Assembly: GCF_009914755.1 (NCBI RefSeq)
Contig: NC_060925.1
From: the human T2T-CHM13v2.0 reference genome, Homo sapiens
Length of the DNA stretch: 64,000 nt
Direction: 5' to 3' (one strand)
Position 1 is the first letter of the stretch. The number at the start of each line of letters is the position of its first letter. Made by a program: the position numbers and the translations under genes. The notes under the pieces are model-generated. The model saw nothing but the letters and a program-made list of their open reading frames with translations, had not been told where the DNA came from and made no database searches. Shown here piece after piece: positions 15,624 to 28,103 of this stretch.

Positions 15624-15954
15624 CTAAAATCCAAGAAAATTAATATATTTATTTTCTTTGCGGGCAGGGGAGGGTTAAGTTAGTAATTTTAAATCTACCT
15701 TAAGAAAGAATAAAGTCTTACTGAGTATACTGTGTTGATGAGACTAGGGTACTTAACAGCTTTAAATACAATCTTTACTTGAAGACATCTTTCCTAGAAT
15801 CCATATTTAGATATTCAATTTGCTAACTCAAATCTGTCCTTGGACATGTGATGGGCTTTGCTAACATGTTGAAAATAGAACTCCTGGAATTTCCCCACAA
15901 ATCTGTTTTAAGCTCAATCTTTCCCCTCTCAGATTCTCTGGTCAAAAAAAAACC

Positions 15955-16338
<384 letters not shown>

Positions 16339-17613
16339 ATTAATTCCAGGTAAATAATGGACCTGAATGTAAAAGTCTAACTTTAAAATGTGTAGAAGAA
16401 ATGCAGATCTCAGTGTAGGAAAAGATTTCTTAAAACAAAAAAAGAACCATTTTGAAAATGTTATTTATTCATCCATGTACATACCAGACCTCATGCTTAA
16501 TAACAAGAACTACAGAAATTTTTAAAAAGCCAGGCGCAGTGGCTCAGGGATTAATAACTCCGAAGTATCTGTCAGCAGGAGGTAGGCAAAGATTTCAAAG
16601 CGGGTGAGGTAAAACTGAACACAAATTTCTAAAAATAATATCTATTCAAAGGTCCCAACAGTCATTCACCAGAATAAGAATCTAAGAACAGAAGAGAAAC
16701 TTACAGGTAAAAGGTCTCTGAATTACTGCATAGGTTACACAAGATAGCACCATTATGATAATAGCCAACACTTTAAATGCTACTTAAAATGTGCTAGGTT
16801 GTGCTCTAGGCTCTTTAAATATACTAACTTATTTATAGTCTATATGACAGATCTACGAGTTAGGTACTGATATCATTTCATATTTTACAGATGAGAAAAC
16901 TGAAGTACTGATGTGTAGGTAATGTGTCCAAAGTTAAAAATAGTAAGCTATGGATTCAAAGTGGGTTCTGACTCCACAGCCTGAGCTCTTAACCACCATG
17001 TGACATACCATCTGCAGACTAAATGTCTCACATGTGTCACTATTTTTCAAATATATGCAGATGTTTCTGTGATTAAATAGAACACTGAACAATGCTTTCA
17101 ATAATTGCTTTTTATCTTATATTTTCTTAACCAACTGGTTAGTCTAAAAATATCATGTTGCTTTCTTTAAAAAATTCCTTTAAAGCCCAGGCAGAGCAGG
17201 CAGACAAAAAGGGAAACTCAAAGGCAGTAGCCTTTGAATTCCTCAATGATACTTGAGGAATTCGGACAATGTTTGATGAGTATCATCAACTCTGCAAAGA
17301 AAGGCAAAAAGTGACCCTTGTGCCATGAATTGCTAACTCTTGCACAAAGGACTGATAAATGGAACTGTACAGAGAATTTAAGATACAGGGACACTTGATT
17401 TCTGGAAGAAAAACAATTTCTGTATTTTAATTCAGTCCTTATTTTAAGAGACTTGAAATTATAATATTGAAGGAGAAGAAATTTTAAATGAGGAAATAAG
17501 TACATTTTAAATCTTAGTTAAATATGCTTATGCCCCTTCTAAATTGAATTTTTCTTTATTGTATTATATAGAGTTTTGCTTTGCCTAGGTTTCTTAAGAA
17601 TCAGATGTTCTCT

Positions 17614-18312
17614 CATTAACCCGTCAGGAAACAACAGAAGCTGGAGAGGATGTGGAGAAACAGGAACGCTTTTACACTGTTAGTGGGAGTGTAAATTAGT
17701 TCAACCATTGTGGAAGACAGTCTGGCGATTCCTCAAGGATCTAGAACCAGAAATACCATTTGACCCAGCAATCCCATTACTGGGTATATACCCAAAGGAT
17801 TATAAATCATTCCACTATAAAGACACATGCACACGTATGTTTATTGCAGCACTATTCACAATAGCAAAGACTTGGAACCAATGCAAATGCCCACCAACGA
17901 TAGACTAGATAAAGAAAATGTGGCACATACATCCCATGGAATACTATGCAGCCATAAAAAAGAATGAGCTCATGTCCTTTGCAGGGACATGGATGAAGCT
18001 GGAAACCATCATTCTCAGCAAACTACCACAGGAACAGAAAACCAAACACCACATGTTCTCACTCATAAGTGGGAGCTGAACAATGAGAACGCATGGACAC
18101 AAGGGAGGGGAACATCACACACCGGGGCCTGTCGGGAGGTGGGGGACAAGGGGAGGCAGAGCATTAGGACAAATACCTAATACATGCAGAGCTTAAAACC
18201 TAGATGATGGGTTGATGGGTGCAGCCAACCACCATGGCACATGTATACCTATGTAACAAACCTGTACGTTCCACACATGTATCCCAGAACTTAAAGTATA
18301 ATAATAATAAAA
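17614..18312 (+). mobile_element. 5'-truncated L1PA (ORF2 C-terminus plus 3'UTR)
   Basis: ORF 17708..17908 is L1 ORF2p C-terminus; TSD AAGAAT(C/T)AGATGTTCTCT at 17596 and 18313. Confidence 0.93.
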
Positions 18313-19661
18313 AAGAATTAGATGTTCTCTTTCTGATTCCTTTGACAAAAATGTTTATCAATTATTTACTATAATTTATTTTAAAAATTCCTTTAAAAAT
18401 GCCAACACAATAGATGATCATGAAAGACTTTCCAGTGCTAACATTCCGTGAGTTTGTGTGATCACAGTTTCAAACTGGTGAACTCCTTTAGTACTTTATC
18501 ATTAATTTACCAGCATGCCTAATTTTTTTCATGTCTAAATTTTTAACCTTGCCTACACTGTTAACTAATCCATACCATATAGAGATACGACTTTAGATAT
18601 GCACATGGCATTGGCTCTGAATAAACCCATGCCAAAAGAGAAAAATGACTTCAATTTCTGTATCACCCAGTCTAGTAACTTCAGATTCATCTTTGATTTT
18701 CTCCATTCATACATGTCCTATAGATTCTACCTTAAAATCTCTCTTTAAGCTGTTTACCAAATTATTTTAGCTTTCATCGTTCCTTCCTTGACATACAACT
18801 GGGTTTTCTCCCTTTGTTTCTTCCTATTCCAAATGTCCAACTTGCTTAAAAAATAACTCACTGCAAAGGATATTTCTCTAGTCACTGTTATTTTTAAAAT
18901 ATGTGTTGTTCCCTCTTATCTAGAGGATTAAGTAAAACTTGCTGCAAGACACATTAAAACCTTCAGTTCTGGGTTCTACCTTCTTTTCCTCTCATATTCA
19001 CCTGTGTCCCAGCCTCAGAAGACCCTATTCCTTCTCCAATAGACAACATATTTCAATGACCCTATGCCTTTCCACAAGCCATAACCTCTGTCTTCAATGT
19101 CCTTCCACACCATATGTACCTGGAAACCCACTATTGATTCTTCAGAATCCAGCCAAATTTAATCTCGTCTGACTCATCTTGGGCTTCCTTCACCTATGCT
19201 CAAACTCTACTGTTTGTTCCTAACCTCTACTGTCATACTTAATACACTGTAATCATAGCTAACCTCTAAATTACAAACTTCTAAAGGACAGTGTCCATGC
19301 TTCATCTTTCTTTGATTATCCAAAATCTTGTACAATGCCTAGCACATTCCAGGGGCTTAATTAAGCAATTACTGTAACTATCATAGGATTTTAGTATGTG
19401 GGAAAAACTAATGGGAAACACGCATGAGACTGACAGAAAGAAAAGACTTACATTCTTTTTACATAATGTGAAACACTTCACTATGTATTTAAACTATAGC
19501 TATTTATTAATACCCCAAACTGACCTATGACAAATGCTTTTTAAACTTTTTAAAATAATACCTACATTTCTAAACTGATTCAGTATTTTTATAATCTATA
19601 GACCAAGGCTGATCTGACATTTAAAACTTTCATTATTTGGAAATAATCATTACTGCTTTAA

Positions 19662-19976
<315 letters not shown>

Positions 19977-19999
19977 TAGTTCAGCTATAAAATATTTTA

Positions 20000-20361
<362 letters not shown>

Positions 20362-21441
20362 GAAAATATAATCTATTTTGAATTCCTTACTTTGTTCATA
20401 AAATTATTATATAGGTTTATATAACAATATGCTGGTCCCAAAAGCATGTTTTAAATCCTAGAGGGAAAAAAGTTTTTTCTCTTTCCCTTTAACTAAAAAT
20501 GTTCAAGAGTGGGAATAGGAAAAATATGTTATCTATCCCCATTAGTAAATACTCTAGTCATATTCCCCACCCTCCCTCATACCCCAAAGAAAAATATTCT
20601 TTATCTACTTCATGTCTCTAATAATATCTTTAAAGCCAGATGTAATTTTGATGTCTTTTATTGTAAATCCAGGGACAAAAAACACAATTTACCTTAAAAG
20701 GGTCACACAATATAAGAAAATGTCTAGGACATGATACTAAGTTTTAAAAGCTGAATACAGAGGCATATACAGTATGATCACAAATTAATATAAAGAAATT
20801 TATACATATTTGTAGAAAATACAGCAAAATGTTAACAATAGCTCTCTCTAGAAAGGCTTTTTACATCTTTTTCATACTTTTCTTCATTTTACAAATTTAC
20901 CATGAACCCATGTTACTTTTATAATCAGAAAATGTCAAGTTTGCTGTTTTTTTTAAGTATCACATTGCTACCAATATAAAATATAAAAATACCAATACAA
21001 AAATATTCTGATGTGACTAAATTTTTATGTAAGAACTACCAATAATAGAATCAATGCTGGTTTCCTTTAATAAACTGAACTATTTTTCATAAATAATATT
21101 TTTAGTGAGCCACTTAAACACAACCTCAAAAGACAGGCTTATGTAAGAGGAAGACAAATAAACAAACCAATATAATATTTACTTCTTTCTGCCCTTTCTC
21201 TCCCAAAGAGCAAACACATTCATTCAAATTTCCCAGACTCACTGCCCTTTTTCATTTCTTAGCTTCAGTAAAAATCCACATAGTAATACAAAACTACAGG
21301 ACTTAAAGGAAAGGTTACTGAGGAAATACCTAACATTAATGAGAAACTTCAAGCTGGAACGATGTCCATATTAAAATTCATTATAATTAATGTCTCTCTA
21401 TGTCTATTTCTAAATATGAAAAAAGGTCTATAAAAATTCTG

Positions 21442-21760
<319 letters not shown>

Positions 21761-24619
21761 CCAACACTAAACTACATACAAAAAGGCCTTCCTTTCCAGT
21801 ATACAGAATTAAAATTATTAAACTGCACAAAATCAAAATGAACTCATGCAAATATACATGCTAATAACAAATTTCACTGGAAAATTATTTGTAAGGCTAC
21901 CACCATCACAATGCAATTTCAATATCAATATCAGCATCTAGATATACTTAGCAACTTTATTTTGGTACAGATTGCTTATCCTGAGACTAAATTAAGGCAA
22001 CAGATGTACCTCTCTCTCTCTTCCTGCTCTCTCCTCCCCCGCCATGCCCTTAACTAGAGCAGTGGAAGGTTCTCCTAACAAACAGTGTCTTCTGCTGAAC
22101 TTGGGTAATTTTCTCTTTCCTAAACGTGGCCCTTGGGAACATCCTTTCCTGGGTCTGTGCACAGACTCAGCACTATCAAATGCCATTCCCTCCAGTGAAT
22201 GACAGAAGACATTTGCAGATGCTTTCCTAGTTCTGCTTTATTCCCCTGATCATGGTCTACTTGCCTACTAGTGCCATCAACAGCAAAAGAAAGGAAGATA
22301 GCAGCAGCTGAAGCATGGCAAGGATGAAGTGAACAAAACTAGAGCAATATAGTGCCAAGGTTTATTTTAGAAAAATATCAAAGCAAGCCATATCCGAGGT
22401 TACTCATCTAGAAATTAAAGGATATTTGAGCTGGCAATCTTGGCTTTACTTAAAAAGAAATTTCAAGGAAAACGTCCTGTTTTCTAGAAATCACTGAAGT
22501 TACTGAAAATGGCAAATTATCTGCTATCCCTCTATCCCCCATGAAGTGCTATGGGGTAGTGGAAATAAAATTTAAACAAATACCTAAGAATTTTAGACAT
22601 ATGAAAAAATAAAACTTTCATTTTAGCAACTCAAGTCAGATGTACAACTGATGAAGTTACTTTAAAAGTTATCTGAAAAGTTAAACCTTTTAACTCTGTA
22701 TTTTATATGAAACAGATGCAAACATATCATGTTAATAGTTCATATCAATATCAGTAATATATTTTATATATTATACATAATTATATAATTATTTATTTTT
22801 AAAAGAAAACCTCTATAAACTAACCTACAATTAGAAATAATCAGATACACTGTTTTATCTGATGGAAGTTTTAGGACTATTCTTAACATTAAAAATGTAT
22901 CAACTATAGAACAAGATGTTTAAGTCAATGAACAGAAAGGAAGCCTAATAAACTAGGGTGGGTGTTAGAAAACCCCATTAACAGACTGCCTTTATTTCTC
23001 AATCATATGCTTCCCAGTATGTTCTAAAGAGCATTATGGCCAGAAAAAGAATGCTGAGCTCATGTATCTAATTTTATTTCTATCTAAGATAAGTCATCCC
23101 TCTTCATCTAAGAAAAAAACTAAGTGAATTAAAATAAAAAACATGGACAAGTACTCTGAATTACTGAATCTTATGATGAAACATAAATAATAGGGAGCTT
23201 CTTTTACATGAGGGTAATATGAACAATATCAAGAAGTCTGACTTTTCATGATAACTACTATGCTCTCAATCTTTTCTACCTATGGGTTCCAGTTATATTG
23301 TCTTATTTTAAATTGTATACACAAAACCAAAGTTTATTCACTTCTGCTGTGAACAGCTTCCTTAAATTTACCTCCATCTAACAATATATTGCCAAATATA
23401 ATGAAAAATATGATCCAAGGCACAATTTCTAAGCCCAAGGAACTCACAATATATAGGAAGGAAGATATTGGAAGCTATACACATCACACCAAGCTAACAC
23501 TACCAGGTAACATATGGTTCATGCCATATATAAGTGGATACGTATTCCTTCCTCTGGGAGTTCCAACACAGGAAAGACTGGTGTGGACCAAGAGACAGAG
23601 AAGGGAAAGTTTAAGACAAGCGGTGGGATATGAGCTAGGCTTTAAGGCATGAGTGGAATTCACATAAGCAGGAAAGTAGAGAACATTCTGGACTATAACA
23701 ACAAAAGTTATAAAAGTGGGAATAAGAAGGAGAATATATATGGCACAGAGTACAGAGTCAGACAGTCAAAAAAGAGGAGGGTTTGTATTTCATCTTTTTC
23801 TCTGTCTCCAATAACCTGAGGTATGACACCCTCCCATCATTAATGGTGGCAGTGAGCAACAGTAAAGATTCCCACATCTGAGAGTCATGATACTAAATTG
23901 GTTTAGGAGGAAAGGCAAGAGCGAATGGAGTGAGTACTTCTGATATGACTTTAAGATTTTAGATATTAGGCGATACAGGTGGCAGTAGTGAGAAAGAAAA
24001 ATAGGAAAGTTCAAACCAGAAGCCAAGTTTTTTCAATAAGATTCATTTTAGACACACGGATTTTCAAATGATAAACACCAAAATGGTTAACTGGAGATGT
24101 GGGACTGGCACTCAGGAGAGTTGAGAGCTTGATAAACATTTGGGTGTTATCAGCATATGGATGACAGGGGTTATGGAGAAGGAAAGAAAGGACACACATA
24201 AACACACACACAATCTGTCTGTCCATCTGTCCTTGGCAAAGTCAATGGAAGCAAAGGTTCAGAGAGGTAGGAAGATATCCAGGAGAATACAACCCAAGAA
24301 AGGAGTACCTAATACAAGAAGGACGAACAGATTTGGCCTTAAGATTATTCTTGGCCCTGGGGAGAAAATGCACAGTGTGGTATGGGCAAGCAGCAGACTG
24401 TACAGGGTTGCTACAAAGATAGGAAGGGGGGGAAAATGGCCACACAAAGCAATAAAAGTAGAGCAAAATAAGTTGGTAGTTAAAGTGGCAGCAATAGCCA
24501 AGGAAGGGGTATTTTCAAATTGAAGAGTCCTATGTCCAAGAGGCCTATGTGAAGAAAGAGAAGAAAGAGCTTAAAGGTGAAGAGAAGATAATAAAGAGAT
24601 GATTGTAGGGTGCGGAATA

Positions 24620-24850
24620 ATACAGCTAGTAAGAACATTTACTGAACACTTACCAAGTGCCAATCACTCTGTGAGGCACTTTACTGCATTATCTCATTTT
24701 ATTCTTACATCAGCTCTTAAGTGTTTGTTATTTTTATTATCCCATGTTACAGAAGAGGAAACTAAAGTATAGAATGGTTAAATTACTTAAGATCACAAAC
24801 CTAGGAAGTGGCAGAGCTAGGAACTGAATTCAAGTTTGTTTGACATCAAA
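24620..24850. mobile_element. MIR
   Basis: acatttactgaacacttac...gaggaaactaaag...ggaagtggcagagctagga. Confidence 0.7.
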
Positions 24851-27340
24851 TTGTTGCTATAAAGTTCTACTCAAAACTGAAGAAACCAGGCATATGAGAG
24901 TGAATTTCTAAAATATCTGTTGACTACTCAGAAGAAAAAAATTTTTAATAAGATCATACATAGGCAATTCTTTAAGGTAGGAAGAATGTGAGCCTACTTT
25001 CTCCCCTTATGAAAAACAAAACAAAAAATACACACCCAAACCTTAGACATTTTAGATAAAATGGCTTTTCACAACATTTCCCCCTTGGAATTGGATCACT
25101 TTGGGCCTAATTTGTCCACAGAACTTGATCCACTGGTATATATCTCATACAAGCTAACAGTGATCATCTCATGAAATAAAATGTGAAGTCATCTTCAAGA
25201 AAAAATCCTAAACAGAAAGTTTTCAAGGCAGTAATTAACAGAAATACAGACAGGAAACAAAAATTCAGAAATTAATTACATAGCAGACTTTCTACTCTAA
25301 CTGAATTAGACAGACTACATAAACACAAAACAAAAAAAAAATTAAAGCTTTTGGCTTTAAAAGTTTGATTTCTGTGTTTGAGATATGAGCTCATATTATC
25401 ACTGTGACTTTATTAATATGGAGAAAAGCAAGAACACTCAAAAAGCCAAGTGCGGCAGGTACTGATAGGTCAAAATTCCCTTACTTCTCCTCCCCAATGT
25501 CTTCATTTTGACATTTCTCATTAGCATCACCATTAGAAAGTAGATCAGAAAGAAGCAGTGAAATACACTCTCTTTGATTCTGCCATTTATTAATAGCTCC
25601 AGTGAGTTGCCTTTTGCCAGGGAAATTAGAAAGTAAGTATTGAGAGTTGGAGTTATTTACAGACTTTAATTATCCATATTATTTCCAGTCTACATCTCAG
25701 TACCAATGGGTAAATCAGAGTTACCTCAAAATAGGTAATGAAATATACTTATTACCACCTATGGTAAGTTTTGCTTCAGAAAATTGAAAATGATCACTAA
25801 TATAAGAGTTTTAATTACTGGTAGATGTCAACTATCCACATCATTCTTAGTCTAGTACCTCATTACCATGCGTAACATAGATAACTGTAGTGTATAATGA
25901 ATAAATAATGAATCTACTAACCCAAATCTTTAATTAATCCACTATTTTTTTCATTGATTATTACTTGGTCTTTACTTACCATGGCCCAAGATGCCTTACT
26001 TATACTTAGAGCACTCTATGTGGAAAAATTGAACCATTTCGACTTCCTGTGCCAATCACACATTTTGGATTTTGCAAAGCTTAAGGTTAGACATACACCT
26101 TACCATTGCCACTAAGTAAGAAGGGCAAGCAAATCACGGAGAAATTCTGATGGACAACAAAACTTCTATAATTATAAGACACCAAATGTTCAGGGATAGC
26201 CTATTTAAACTGAAGGAAACAATGTAAATTTCAGCACTCTTCTAAACTGGGTATTTAAATTCACATCCTCAAAAAATGCAGCAGGGAAAAACCAACAGGT
26301 AGATATACTCAACAAAATACTGTCTATCACAAGAACCTATGTACTTTAAAGCAGTAACTGGCTAAATTTAGAAGCTGTCCAAAATTGTATCAGTAGCTAC
26401 ACCTATTTCTTCAAATTATGAAAACTTGTGTAGATTATTTTATCTTCCATTTTAAACTATTTTTAGTAATAACTGCTTAGAATGTGTGGCTCTTTTGCAT
26501 TTCCTAAGAAGCTCAAAAACTGCACAAAATAATGTAATTCAGATAACTTACCCTCTTATGCCCACCTAACCTCACTGCCAGAGAGAGAATTATATTGATG
26601 ATGATCTCTTAACTTGCACTGCCTTCAGGAAAATTCAAGTAAATATAATAAATGTAGTCACCCAATCAGAGAATCAACTTCCAACAAGAAGTCTCTCTGG
26701 CTTCTTCCTCAATTCTTCAGTAAATCATTCTCCCCACCCTAGCACAGTCCACCAGACAGACAATCTCTAATGAATGTCCTGCATCAAAACAAAACAATGG
26801 GCCTAACACAATTTAGAGTTTTTCCCTACTTAAAACTATTAGGAAAAGCAGGAAAATCCAACATACAAGCAACACATTAAGAAATGCCCATCCAAGAGTT
26901 CTTACTAGCAACTGCTACCAGTGCTTCTATATCCAATCTCCTCTATGTGCCGGTGCAGCACTAAGGAAACAGTACCCCAATAACATGGCCACATGCATTG
27001 CTTACTGCTCTAAGTGAGGCACTGCCCAGTTTTCTCTATTTCTAACGTTAGAAACACTGCTACTCCCTTATTTTTATCATTTCCCAAACAAAAACTGAGG
27101 TTTTTGTCATCCTTTCTCTTTGTAAAATGAAACAATTTAACACAACACCTAATGAAAATGAACTAAAGCTCTTTATGCCAAAGTTTAAGATATGCTGGTT
27201 ACTAAGCTACTCATAAAATGCTACTTTAAATTGTTCTGTATCATCTCCCACCCTACAAGTATTATGAGAAACAGTCCTTTAACATACTAGGTCTCCTAGC
27301 TAACAAAAACCTCACATGCATGAAAAAGCATACTGGTTTT

Positions 27341-27376
27341 TGATGATGATGATGATGATGATGATGAGATGATGAT
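27341..27376. repeat. (GAT)n microsatellite
   Basis: Direct reading. Confidence 0.9.
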
Positions 27377-27712
27377 CTCACTCTAATTTTACTGGTGCAA
27401 AAATATTAACATTGTAAGTCATGCAAACTTACCCCTTTAATGATATAATATGCAGGTAAGTACCATTTAAAAAATACTTTCAAAACTAGAAATCTATGCT
27501 GAAAAATACTGCTTTCTCATTGCAGTATAATCTTTGCAGGCCAGAATTCCAAGCAAGAACAATCATCTTGGAAAAGATAAACATTTATATAATATAAACA
27601 TTAGGCATTCTCTTGACCTAATACTACATCCAGCAAATAGTAAATAACCATATAAATTTAAAATGAATAGTCCTAAATCAGCAGTGGAACACTAAATTTT
27701 ATGGTCACTTAC

Positions 27713-27785
27713 CTGAACCTCACTTGTCCTCTGTTTAATAGTATCTTCCTTCTCCTTAAGGTCCTGTTCCACATTATTCTTTTCC
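27713..27785 (-). CDS. EPS15: EPS15 exon ~13 (73 nt, (R)EKNNVEQDLKEKEDTIKQRTSEVQ; coiled coil)
   Basis: Acceptor TTCTAG|G, donor CAG|GTAAGT; phase 2-0. Confidence 0.97.
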
Positions 27786-27883
27786 CTAGAAGACCAGCAA
27801 ACAATGCAAGAATATTTTAGAACATCAGCTACAGCTGGTATGGTTATCCATCCTCCTAATCCTGAATCGCTTTTTAAATACAT
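27713..27883 (-). CDS. EPS15: First coding exon of EH-less isoform Eps15b (MYLKSDSGLGGWITIPAVADVLKYSCIVCWSS + exon 13)
   Basis: ORF 27692..27883 reads in frame through the exon 13 acceptor; the 32-aa unique N-terminus matches the recalled endosomal, Hrs-binding Eps15b isoform. Confidence 0.88.
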
Positions 27884-28046
27884 AGTGAAACATTCAATTT
27901 TTAAATGAAGGGCAGATTTTTCTACCCTCTTTCAATTATTTATGAAATAAAAATCAATATAAGCTCCATTTGTAAAAAAAAAATTGCTTTCTCACTAAAA
28001 TGTGGTGAAAAGAGGATAGATTAAAAAAGGAAGAGGAGAAAAATAA

Positions 28047-28103
28047 TCAATGAAACACTCAGGTTTCACTGATGTCACTGTTGCTATGGAAATAGTGTCC
28101 AAT
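28047..28103 (-). promoter_or_regulatory. Candidate Eps15b internal promoter module (CCAAT, RFX X-box, CRE-like)
   Basis: GTTGCTATGGAAAT at 28080-28093, TGATGTCA at 28070-28077, CCAAT at 28099-28103; ~200 nt upstream of the Eps15b ATG. Confidence 0.45.

Noticed and set aside
16529-16548. Isolated 19-nt Alu 5' end followed by unrelated sequence
   Set aside because: Probably an old deletion scar; too short to interpret
17708-18180. ORFs with L1 ORF2p-like sequence (also 55067..55309 and 7291..7763)
   Set aside because: Fragments of 5'-truncated dead L1 elements
24140-24523. 127-aa Lys/Arg-rich ORF with opposite-strand hydrophobic ORFs
   Set aside because: Purine-biased L2-like decayed sequence; compositional artefact
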